Below, piece by piece: positions 1-7,366 of a DNA stretch of 10,416 nt. Position 1 is the first letter of the stretch. Every line of letters begins with the position of its first letter. The DNA is from a bacterium. Lineage in GTDB: Archaea; Thermoplasmatota; E2; JACPAO01; JAHFTW01. The notes below the pieces were generated by a model, which saw only the letters and a program-made list of their open reading frames with translations, did not search any database and was not told the origin of the DNA. The position numbers and the translations under genes are program-made. The stretch spans positions 1 through 10,416 of the forward strand of contig JAZJZE010000019.1 of assembly GCA_040390065.1 (NCBI GenBank). Direction: 5' to 3'.

Positions 1-67
1 ATCGCGCTAGGCGGGCATCCAGGTACTTGTTCGTGCGCTCATGGTAGGTGGGTTTCTTGGCTTTCAT
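1..67 (-). CDS. 5' end of a hypothetical protein (MKAKKPTYHERTNKYLDARLAR...), truncated by the window edge
   Basis: Minus-strand ATG at 67 is open to the window edge. It is preceded by an SD-like GGAGTGA and a TATAAA box. Only 22 codons are visible, so no product can be assigned. Confidence 0.5.
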   Translation of the reverse strand, partial: MKAKKPTYHERTNKYLDARLAR

Positions 68-84
68 GTCGTCACTCCATTGGG

Positions 85-90
85 TTTATA
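85..90 (-). promoter_or_regulatory. Archaeal TATA box (TATAAA) for the left-edge gene
   Basis: The minus strand reads cctgcTATAAAcccaatggagtgacgacATG, a rare AT-rich box in GC-rich DNA. The spacing to the ATG (about 18 nt) is short for an archaeal promoter. Confidence 0.4.
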
Positions 91-197
91 GCAGGAGCCA
101 ATGTCGCCGCAAACAGCGATTTGGTGCGGTTTCCAGGTGTCCAGGACCTGGGCAGCGCGGTCTCGAAAAGAGGCTCCTGCACCAAAGAGTGATACTT

Positions 198-270
198 AGC
201 CCCGTAGTCTAGCGGTCAAGGATAGGGGCCTCTGGAGCCTTTGGCATCGGTTCGAATCCGGTCGGGGCTA
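198..270 (+). tRNA. tRNA-Gln (anticodon CTG), no intron, CCA not encoded
   Basis: Acceptor stem AGCCCCG/CGGGGCT with the A1-U72 pair typical of archaeal tRNA-Gln and discriminator A. D-arm GTC-TAGCGGTCAAG-GAT, anticodon arm GGGGC-CT[CTG]GA-GCCTT (anticodon 232-234), T-arm ATCGG-TTCGAAT-CCGGT. Confidence 0.95.
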
Positions 271-526
271 TCCGAGGCGGGCCGCGAAGCGGTCCCGCGA
301 GGCAGACACGACCGGGTTTGCCGAGGCCGCCGCAGGTCGGCCGCGGTATGGCAACGGCTGCGCTTGCGCGGCCGTTGTCTCGAATCCGGTCGGGGCTATC
401 CGAGGCGGGCCGCGAAGCGGTCCCGCAAGGCAGACACGACCGGGTTTGCCGAGGCCGCCGTAAGCAGGCCGAGGAATGGCAACGGCTGCGCTTGGGCGGC
501 CGTTGTCACGAATCCGGTTGGGACTC
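252..526 (+). repeat. tRNA-linked 128-bp tandem repeat: two full units (252-379, 380-507) plus a degenerate third copy of the tRNA 3' end (508-526)
   Basis: Both units start with the last 19 nt of the tRNA (TCGAATCCGGTCGGGGCTA) and match at 120/128 positions by manual alignment. The third start, ACGAATCCGGTTGGGACTC, lies exactly 128 bp further on. Confidence 0.95.
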
Positions 527-535
527 TTGGTTGCG

Positions 536-1291
536 TCAGTGCCACGGCGCCGGGAAGAACGCCATGATGACGCCGTTGACGTACACCAGGGTGGCTACGG
601 CGAGGGCGGTCGTGATGGCCCACGTGGCCTTGTTCCAGCGCCACACCTTGAGGCCGTCGAGGGCGACGCCGAACAGGAGGATGGGCAGGAGGTTGAAGAG
701 CGCCAGCACGGAATTGACCTGCGCGACGAGGCCGAAGACGGTGGGCACCGTGTCGCCGGGGTTGATGCTGATGGCGAAGGGGAAGGCAATCCATGCGACC
801 ACCAGGTTGAGGCTGGGGCCGACGAGGCTGATGACGCCGGATTCCTTCCGGGTGACGCTTCCCTGGATCCAGGTGGCGCCAGGGAGGGCGACGAGCAGTC
901 CGAACATCGACATGACGAGCGCCATGAGGAGGCCGACGAGGGCGGCGCGGAACTCGGCCCAGTGCCCGTAGCGTTGGGCGACGATCTTGTGGGCCAGTTC
1001 GTGCAGGACGAAGCCCGTCGTCACGGCGACGAAGGAGGCGAGGAGGAGGAGTTGCCCGGGGACAAGGCGGTCGGGGAACTTGTCTGGGCCGCGCACGATG
1101 GCGAAGGCGTAGGTCAGGATGCCGGCGCCGAGCGCCAGGTGCAGCATCTCGACGGCGCTGAAGGAGATGCGTGGCGTGCCCTGGTGGACTGGCCCGCGCC
1201 AGGGGTCCGGCGGCGCCGTCGGGGGCCGCGGCGGCGTCGGGGTGGGGGCCGGCGGTGGGCGGTTGCCGTAGAACGGGTTGCGGCTGTCCAT
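536..1291 (-). CDS. Site-2 protease family (peptidase M50) membrane zinc metalloprotease, about 251 aa
   Basis: HELAH zinc motif, GPSLN, NLLP...LDG and several hydrophobic helices. The ATG at 1291 overlaps the TraB stop (TGATG). The N-terminus is Pro-rich. Confidence 0.9.
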   Translation of the reverse strand: MDSRNPFYGNRPPPAPTPTPPRPPTAPPDPWRGPVHQGTPRISFSAVEMLHLALGAGILTYAFAIVRGPDKFPDRLVPGQLLLLASFVAVTTGFVLHELAHKIVAQRYGHWAEFRAALVGLLMALVMSMFGLLVALPGATWIQGSVTRKESGVISLVGPSLNLVVAWIAFPFAISINPGDTVPTVFGLVAQVNSVLALFNLLPILLFGVALDGLKVWRWNKATWAITTALAVATLVYVNGVIMAFFPAPWH

Positions 1292-2445
1292 CACGTGCCT
1301 CCGTACCCGCGAGCGAGGAGGAAGAAGAAAACCCCATGGGCTGCCAGCGAGCCGACTGTGGTGAGGCTGGCGACGGTGAGGACGCGCACGACGCGGTTGC
1401 CCCAGAATTGCCGTGCGGTCTCGATGGTCTTCACGGCCTGGAAGTCGGAAACGAGGGGCGGCTTCACCTTCGCCTGGACGAGGCCGGCCAGCGTGCCGGA
1501 ACTGATGCCGCGGATGGAGAGCACACTGGTAAACGGGGCCGCGACGGCGCCGGTCAGGATGGCAAGCGGGTGGCCGAAGGCGATGGCGGCGCCGAGGCCG
1601 GCGAGGATGAAGTGCGTCGCGAACCAGAGGTAGAAGGCGCGCCGCAGTTGGTCCCAGTTGCCTTGCAGGATGAGCACGGCAAACAGCAGACCCAGCAGGA
1701 GCGGCACGAGGAGGAACAGCACCTTGCCCACCGTGATGCGGCGGCGCGGCACCTCCAACAGCGGGGCACGAGGCGGGATGCTCTCGGGGACGGTGAGATG
1801 GTTGCGGATTCCCGGCATGTGGCCTGCGCCGACCACGGCGACCAGGCTGCCCAACCTGGAGCGCTCCTCGATGTGGCTGGCCATGAAGGTGTCGCGCTCG
1901 TCGATGAGGGCGACCTTGACCTCGGGGGCGTAGCGGGCGAACTCCTCGGTCATGCGCGTGATGGCATCGGACTTGAGCATCTCCTCGACGTCCATGGGCG
2001 CCGCGGGCTTGTCCTCGGGAAGCATCTGCTTCAAGACGTGCCATGCCAGACGCGTCTTGGCCCAGAAGCCCATGGTGCCGAAGCCGCGCTTCAGGGTGAC
2101 TGCGATGCTGCGGTCGATGAGGACCACCTCGGCGCCGACCTCGTCCGCGACCTGGACGGCCCGCAACAGCTCGGAGCCGGGCGGCACGCCAGTCTCCCGG
2201 CCCATCTGGGCCTGCATCGCGCCAAGGTACAATTGCAGCAGGAAAAGGTGCTGCTTCTTCTCTTTCAGGACCTTGAAGATGTCCGTGCGCTGCCACGCCT
2301 CGGGATCCTTGAGAGCCTGCAAGCGCACCGGGTCGAGTTCGACGAGGACCTGCTTCGGCCGCAACTCGCGGATGGTGCGCTCGACCTCGTCGACGCTCGT
2401 GGCCGAGATGTGCGCCGTGCCGATCACCACCACGCCGTCGCGCAT
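1291..2445 (-). CDS. TraB/PrgY/GumN (Tiki-like) family protein with a C-terminal membrane domain
   Basis: Motifs IGTAHIS, VLVELD, PGSEL, LIDR, LIDERD and VVGAGH, followed by transmembrane segments. The start is uncertain (ATG 2445, TTG 2457 or GTG 2484). Confidence 0.88.
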   Translation of the reverse strand: MRDGVVVIGTAHISATSVDEVERTIRELRPKQVLVELDPVRLQALKDPEAWQRTDIFKVLKEKKQHLFLLQLYLGAMQAQMGRETGVPPGSELLRAVQVADEVGAEVVLIDRSIAVTLKRGFGTMGFWAKTRLAWHVLKQMLPEDKPAAPMDVEEMLKSDAITRMTEEFARYAPEVKVALIDERDTFMASHIEERSRLGSLVAVVGAGHMPGIRNHLTVPESIPPRAPLLEVPRRRITVGKVLFLLVPLLLGLLFAVLILQGNWDQLRRAFYLWFATHFILAGLGAAIAFGHPLAILTGAVAAPFTSVLSIRGISSGTLAGLVQAKVKPPLVSDFQAVKTIETARQFWGNRVVRVLTVASLTTVGSLAAHGVFFFLLARGYGGT

Positions 2446-2483
2446 CGTCTCGATCAAGGCAGGCCGACTCGGCCACAGGGGCA

Positions 2484-2491
2484 CCGCATAA
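2484..2491 (-). promoter_or_regulatory. Putative TATA-like box TTATGCGG upstream of the TraB-family gene
   Basis: The same 8-mer occurs upstream of hef (4682-4689, plus strand). Confidence 0.3.
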
Positions 2492-2530
2492 GAGGGTTCG
2501 GAGGCGCGCCGCGGCGGCGGGGAACCGTAT

Positions 2531-2752
2531 CCACCGACGCCACCGATGCAACCGGCATGATTCCCATCATCCGTTCCATCGGCCTCATCCGTCGCTTGGT
2601 TCGCGACCTACCGGTCCACCGATACAACCGATGCAACAGATACGACGTCCCGCATCGGTTCCATCGGTTCCATCTGTTGATGGGTTTGCCACGGGCGGGT
2701 CAACCGATGCAACGGATGCGACGCCGAACGGTTCGATCGGTTTCATCGGTTG
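2531..2752. repeat. Three palindromic cassettes built from 9-bp units (consensus CAACCGATG / CATCGGTTG), 85-bp period
   Basis: Cassettes start at 2531, 2616 and 2701. A (2531-2594) and B (2616-2679) each have 3 forward 9-mers, a 10-bp spacer and 3 inverted 9-mers. C (2701-2752) has 2 forward units, a 7-bp spacer and 3 inverted units. Confidence 0.85.
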
Positions 2753-2803
2753 CTGGGCTGGGCGCCGGTTAGGTTCAAGAGCGGTCCTTCTGTGGCGAAG
2801 CCA

Positions 2804-3376
2804 ATGGGTGCCATCATCGTCACCGGCATTCCCGGTGTCGGCAAGACGACCGTCATGGAGGCCGCCGCGAAGGCGAAGGGCCTCGAGATCGTCAACTTCG
2901 GCACGGCGATGTACAAGGTCGCGCACGCGCGCGGCTGGGCCAACGACCGCGACGACATGCGCAAGATGCCGCCGTCGCAGCAGCGCGAAGCCCAGAAGGC
3001 CGCCGCAAAGGCCATCGCCGGCATGGGCGACGTCATCGTCGACACGCACTGCACGGTCAAGACGCAGACCGGCTACTTGCCCGGGCTTCCGTCCTGGGTG
3101 CTTGCCGAATTGGAGCCCAGCGTCATCGTCCTCGTCGAAGCGAAGCCGGAGGACATCTTCCGGCGCCGTTCCAACGACGCCAGCCGGCACCGCGACATCG
3201 ACTCGGTCGAGGCCATCAAGGAGCATCAAGAATACAATCGCCGCTTCGCCGCGGCCTATGCAACCCTCACAGGAGCCACCGTGCACACCATCCACAACCG
3301 CGAAGGCCAAGTCGAGGACGCCATGCGGCAGATCCTCCCCGTCGTCGACCACGTCGTCTCCGCGAAGGTGCGCTGA
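2804..3376 (+). CDS. adkA: Archaeal adenylate kinase, about 190 aa
   Basis: TGIPGVGKTT P-loop, VNFGTAM, DRDDMRK, IVDTH, GYLPGLP and RRRSNDASRHRD match the archaeal AdkA family. It sits directly upstream of DUF106 and cmk, as in the conserved archaeal cluster. Confidence 0.95.
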   Translation: MGAIIVTGIPGVGKTTVMEAAAKAKGLEIVNFGTAMYKVAHARGWANDRDDMRKMPPSQQREAQKAAAKAIAGMGDVIVDTHCTVKTQTGYLPGLPSWVLAELEPSVIVLVEAKPEDIFRRRSNDASRHRDIDSVEAIKEHQEYNRRFAAAYATLTGATVHTIHNREGQVEDAMRQILPVVDHVVSAKVR

Positions 3377-4056
3377 TGGCCGACGCAGCCCCCGCCCCGC
3401 CGCGGCAGAAGATGAGCCTGCTCACCATCGCCAGCCTGGTCGCCGTCTTCCTCGTCCTCTTCAACCCGCAACTACGCGGGGAGCTCGGCCGCTACGCCGG
3501 CTTCGTCATGGAGCCCCTCATCGGATTCGGCGGCCACTTGCCGGTCCTGACCATCCTCCTGGCCGGCGCCATCCTGGTGGTCGCCTCCACCGTCGTTCGC
3601 CACTTCACCACGGATTGGCTCGAGACGGCGCGCACGCAGCAGGAGATGCGCCACTTCCAGCGCGAGATGATGAAGGCGCGCAAGGAGAACAACACCTACA
3701 AGATCAAGGTGCTCACGGAGTTGCAGCCCAAGATGATGGCGAAGAGCCAGAAGCTGCAAGGGGCGCAGTTGCGTACCATGCCGCTCACCATGATCCTGGC
3801 CGTGCCGCTGTTTGCCTGGCTCGGCGTCTGGCTGTACCAGTTGGACTACACCTGGTACTCGGCGCCGTGGAACGCCAACGTCGACATGTTCACCACCAAC
3901 GGCATCGTGCCGCCTTGGAACACGAGCGTGTTCCCGCACTGGGTCCTCCTGTACATCTGCCTGAGCATCCCGCTCGGCTCGTGGGTGCAGAAGGCCATGA
4001 AGTACCTGTCCTGGAAGGAGCGCTGGCAGAAGCGCCACCCCGAGGCGCACGGATGA
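3376..4056 (+). CDS. DUF106 / EMC3-TMCO1 (Oxa1 superfamily) membrane protein
   Basis: A transmembrane helix, a coiled-coil with Met-rich segment (QQEMRHFQREMMKARKENN...QPKMM), further transmembrane helices and a W-x-x-x-Y C-terminal motif. It lies between adk and cmk and overlaps the adk stop (TGATG). Confidence 0.88.
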   Translation: MADAAPAPPRQKMSLLTIASLVAVFLVLFNPQLRGELGRYAGFVMEPLIGFGGHLPVLTILLAGAILVVASTVVRHFTTDWLETARTQQEMRHFQREMMKARKENNTYKIKVLTELQPKMMAKSQKLQGAQLRTMPLTMILAVPLFAWLGVWLYQLDYTWYSAPWNANVDMFTTNGIVPPWNTSVFPHWVLLYICLSIPLGSWVQKAMKYLSWKERWQKRHPEAHG

Positions 4057-4111
4057 GGGCCCGCGGGGCCTCAGAGCCGGGGGCGCCCCACCGGCCCGCC
4101 GAGGGACGAGC

Positions 4112-4654
4112 GTGACGACGGTCACGGTGGGCGGCTTGCCGGGGACGGGCACGAGCACGCTGTGCAAGTTGCTCTCCGAGCGCTTGCAGATGCCGTACCA
4201 CTACGCCGGCGCCATCTTCCGCGAAGAGGCCCGTCGCCGCGGCTTGAGCCTGGCCGACTTCGGTGCGCTCTGCCAGAAGGACCCCGCCATCGACGAGGCC
4301 TTGGACGACCGGCAACTCTTCCTCCTGAAGCGCGGGAACCTCATCATGGAGGGTCGCCTGTCGGGCTGGCTCGCCCACCGGCACCGCCTCAACGCCCTCA
4401 AGGTCTGGGTCAGCTGCGAGGAGAAGGAACGCATGCGACGGCTCGTGCAGCGCGACGGCGGCGACCTGGAATCGCAGCGCGAACTGACATGGGCCCGCGA
4501 GCAGTCGGAGGCCGACCGGTACCGGCGCTACTACGGTGTCGACCTCAAGGACATGGCGTACTACGACTTGGTCCTGGACTCCACGGGGCTCAAGCCGGAG
4601 GAGCTCGCGGACCGCGTCCAGGCAGCCCTCGCCGTGCAGGCGGAGAAGCACTGA
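4112..4654 (+). CDS. cmk: Archaeal cytidylate kinase
   Basis: GLPGTGTST P-loop, AGAIFREEA, IDEALD, MEGRLSGW, RE-x-SE-x-x-RYRRYYGVD and YDLVLDS. GTG start. Confidence 0.93.
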   Translation: MTTVTVGGLPGTGTSTLCKLLSERLQMPYHYAGAIFREEARRRGLSLADFGALCQKDPAIDEALDDRQLFLLKRGNLIMEGRLSGWLAHRHRLNALKVWVSCEEKERMRRLVQRDGGDLESQRELTWAREQSEADRYRRYYGVDLKDMAYYDLVLDSTGLKPEELADRVQAALAVQAEKH

Positions 4655-4681
4655 GACCATTCACCTGCCTGCCCGATTGGG

Positions 4682-4702
4682 TTATGCGGGTGGAGGCGGT
4701 GA
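4682..4702 (+). promoter_or_regulatory. Putative TATA-like box (TTATGCGG) and SD-like GGAGGCGGTGA upstream of hef
   Basis: The boxes lie about 28 and 8 nt upstream of the GTG at 4710. Confidence 0.4.
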
Positions 4703-4709
4703 AACGACT

Positions 4710-7028
4710 GTGCACGTGAGCCACCCCTTCCTCCGGGATGGGGCCATCGAGTTCCGCGGCTACCAGGCGAACCTGGCCCGCATCGCCGCCGTGCAGGATA
4801 CACTCGTGGTGCTGCCGACGGGCATGGGCAAGACCGTCGTGGCCACCCTCGTGCTGGCCGATGCGCTGCGTGCCGGCGCCAAGCGCGTCCTCGTCCTCGC
4901 CCCGACGCGGCCTCTCGTCGAGCAGCACGCCGCCAGCCTGAAAGCCGTCCTTGCGGCGCCCTGGCCCGATGCCGTGCACGCCCTCACCGGCACCGCGTCG
5001 CCGAAGAAACGCGAGGCGGCCTACGGTGCGGAGACCGCCATCGTCACGGCGACGCCGCAGGTCGTGCACAACGACATCCTTGGCGGACGCCTCGACATCG
5101 CGGCCTTCGACTGGGTCGTCTTCGACGAAGCCCACCGCGCCGTCGGCGATTACCCGTACGTCTTCATCGGCCAGGAAATGCAGGCCCGCGCGCCGAAGTC
5201 CCGGCGGCTTGGCCTCACGGCGAGCCCAGGCCACGAAGTGCGCAAGATCGAGGAGGTCCGCGCCGCCCTCGGCCTCGGGCACGTCGAGATCCGTACGCCC
5301 GCCGACCCGGACGTCGCGCCATACGTCCAGACCATCGCCATGGAATGGGAGACGCTGCCGCTCCCCCCGACGATGGCGCGCGTCAGCGCCAAGCTGCACG
5401 AAGCGCTTGCCGAGCGGATCAAGGCCCTGAAGGCCGCAGGCTTCCTGAAGACCTCCGGGAACCGGCCGAACCGACGGGAACTTCTCATGCTCGGCGGCGA
5501 GTTGCAGGCCCGGCTGGCCAAGACGCCGAATCCCGAATCCAACCTGTACGCGGGTCTCTCCTTGCAGGCGCAAGCGATGAAGATCCAACACGCCATCGAG
5601 CAGGTCGAGACGCAGGGCGCCGCCGCCTTCGTCGAGTACGCGGAGAACCTGCGCGCCGAAGCCAAGAGCGCCAAGGCCACGAAGGCCAGCCGCTCCGTCG
5701 CCGACGACGCCCGCGTCAACGAGGCGTACCAGGTCGCGCGGCACGATGACGCCGAGAACCCGAAGCTTGGCCGCACGGGCGTCCTCGTGCAGGAGCAAGT
5801 GGAACGCGACGCGGGGGCGCGCATCATCGTCTTCACGCACTACCGCGCCACGTGCGAACTCGTGGCGGCCCATCTTGCCAAACTCCCGGGCGTTCGGCCC
5901 GTCGTCTTCGTCGGCCAGCAACGGCGCGGCACGCAGGAGGGCCTCTCGCAGAAGGAGCAGCGGGCTGCCCTCGACCGCTTCCGCGCCGGCGAGCACAACG
6001 TCCTCGTCGCCACCTCCGTCGCCGAGGAGGGCCTGGACATCCCCGACACGGACCTCGTCATCTTCTTCGAGCCCATCCCGAGCGAGATCCGCTCCATCCA
6101 GCGCCGCGGCCGCACTGGCAGGTCGCGCGCCGGCCGCGTCATCGTGCTCATGACGAAGGGCACGCAGGACGAGGCGGCCCATTGGTCCGCCCGCCGCAAG
6201 GAGCAGCAGATGGTGAAGGAACTGCAAGGCCTCCGCCAAGTCGTGGAGCGCACGGAGGCGCAAGGCCCGGCCATGCAGCCGCCCATCCAGCGCACCGGGG
6301 CCCAAGCGACCCTCGACGCCATGCCAAGGGCCACAACGAGGGCCGCGGGACCGGCGCCGCAGGCGTCACTCGGCGCCGCGCCGCGCATCATCTTCGATTC
6401 ACGCGAGCAGGCAGGCGGCGTCGTCCGGCACTTGCATGATCTCGGCTGCGAACTCGAAGGCCGTAGCCTCGACATCGGGGACTACGTCCTGTCCGACCGC
6501 GTCGTCGTCGAGCGCAAGGCCACGGCAGACTTCGTCGACTCCCTCGTCGACGGCCGCCTCTTCGAGCAGATGAAGGCCATGAAGACGTATCCTAGGCCCA
6601 TCCTCGTCATCGAGGGCGAATCCCTGTACGGCCACCGCAACGTCGCCGCCGAGGCCATCCTGGGGGCATTGGCATCCGTGTCCATCGACTACGGCATCCC
6701 GGTCCTCACCACCCGTGACCCGCTCGAGACGGCACGGTTCCTGCACGCCGTCGCCAAACGCGAACAGCAACGCGAACAACGCAAACTCGCCGTGCGCCCC
6801 GGCCGCCCGACCACGGACCGCGAGCAGCAGATCTTCCTCCTCGGAGGCCTCCCCGGCGTCTCAGCCGTGCTGGCCGAACGCCTCCTCGACACCTTCGGCT
6901 CGGTGGAGCGCGTCATGGCGGCAACGGCCAGCGAGTTGGCACGCGTCGACGGCATCGGCGAGGGCAAGGCCGCCGAGATGCGCCGCATCCTCGAACTCGA
7001 ATGGCTGGCGCAAGCCGTTTCGCGGTAA
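4710..7028 (+). CDS. hef: Hef (FANCM-like) SF2 DEAH helicase with ERCC4/XPF nuclease and HhH domains, about 772 aa
   Basis: Q motif (RGYQ), LPTGMGKT, FDEAH, GLTASPG, ATSVAEEGLDIP and IQRRGRTGR. These are followed by DSRE, GDY, VERK...DF...DGRL and C-terminal helix-hairpin-helix motifs (LPGVS, VDGIGEGKA). The GTG start at 4710 was chosen from the SD and the HVSHPF N-terminus. Confidence 0.95.
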   Translation: MHVSHPFLRDGAIEFRGYQANLARIAAVQDTLVVLPTGMGKTVVATLVLADALRAGAKRVLVLAPTRPLVEQHAASLKAVLAAPWPDAVHALTGTASPKKREAAYGAETAIVTATPQVVHNDILGGRLDIAAFDWVVFDEAHRAVGDYPYVFIGQEMQARAPKSRRLGLTASPGHEVRKIEEVRAALGLGHVEIRTPADPDVAPYVQTIAMEWETLPLPPTMARVSAKLHEALAERIKALKAAGFLKTSGNRPNRRELLMLGGELQARLAKTPNPESNLYAGLSLQAQAMKIQHAIEQVETQGAAAFVEYAENLRAEAKSAKATKASRSVADDARVNEAYQVARHDDAENPKLGRTGVLVQEQVERDAGARIIVFTHYRATCELVAAHLAKLPGVRPVVFVGQQRRGTQEGLSQKEQRAALDRFRAGEHNVLVATSVAEEGLDIPDTDLVIFFEPIPSEIRSIQRRGRTGRSRAGRVIVLMTKGTQDEAAHWSARRKEQQMVKELQGLRQVVERTEAQGPAMQPPIQRTGAQATLDAMPRATTRAAGPAPQASLGAAPRIIFDSREQAGGVVRHLHDLGCELEGRSLDIGDYVLSDRVVVERKATADFVDSLVDGRLFEQMKAMKTYPRPILVIEGESLYGHRNVAAEAILGALASVSIDYGIPVLTTRDPLETARFLHAVAKREQQREQRKLAVRPGRPTTDREQQIFLLGGLPGVSAVLAERLLDTFGSVERVMAATASELARVDGIGEGKAAEMRRILELEWLAQAVSR

Positions 7029-7050
7029 GCGACTGCGCCCATAGCAAGTG

Positions 7051-7058
7051 TTTAAGAA
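7051..7058 (+). promoter_or_regulatory. Putative TATA box TTTAAGAA for the UPF0147 gene
   Basis: AT-rich box in the intergenic gap. An SD-like GGTGA at 7108-7112 precedes the ATG at 7118. Confidence 0.45.
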
Positions 7059-7117
7059 ACGCCTCCCGTCGCCGCGCCCGGGGGCAGGACGGCCCCGTTC
7101 CTTTCCTGGTGACTCCC

Positions 7118-7366
7118 ATGGCAACACGCATCCAGAACATCAACACCAGTCTCGAGATGCTCACCGAGGACACGAGCGTGCCCCGCAACATCCGCCGCGC
7201 CGCCGAGCAGATCAAGGCGCTCCTCTCCGAGGGCGACAAGCCGCTCGACATGCGCAAGGCGAAGGCCATGAGCACCCTCGACGACATGGCCAACGACCCC
7301 AACATCCCGCTGCACGGCAGGACGCTGGTGTGGAACATCATGAGCCAGTTGGAAACGCTGGCGTAA
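7118..7366 (+). CDS. UPF0147 family protein, 82 aa
   Basis: The signature DTSVPRNIRRAA...LDDMANDPNIPLHGRTLVWNIMSQLE matches archaeal UPF0147. Confidence 0.93.
   Translation: MATRIQNINTSLEMLTEDTSVPRNIRRAAEQIKALLSEGDKPLDMRKAKAMSTLDDMANDPNIPLHGRTLVWNIMSQLETLA

Noticed and set aside
330-398. Second tRNA gene ending at 398
   Set aside because: Only the 3' 19 nt are duplicated; there is no acceptor 5' strand, D-arm or anticodon arm.
252-526. CRISPR array interpretation of the tRNA-linked repeats
   Set aside because: The intervening 109-bp segments are near-identical rather than unique spacers, the repeat is tRNA sequence, and no cas genes are present.
241-567. 108-aa ORF and overlapping ORFs across the tRNA repeats
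   Set aside because: They overlap the tRNA and simply translate the 128-bp repeats; the composition is Arg/Ala/Gly-rich with no recognisable motif.
1292-2551. N-terminal extension of the 671-aa ORF (536-2551) as part of the M50 protease
   Set aside because: It is an alternative frame over the TraB-family gene; the protease most plausibly starts at the ATG at 1291.
2454-2772. Small ORFs with TDATDA or SVASVD tripeptide repeats
   Set aside because: These arise from translating the 9-bp DNA repeats and appear in several frames on both strands, so the signal is at the DNA level.
4057-4111. GC-rich hairpins between DUF106 and cmk as a terminator or rpl34e remnant
   Set aside because: Short stems are expected at this GC content, there is no T-tract, and no coding similarity is visible.
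4590-6305. Long antisense ORFs (571 aa here; also 7370-9307, 476-1633, 1171-2772)
   Set aside because: Shadow ORFs produced by high-GC codon usage opposite well-supported genes; they carry no family motifs.
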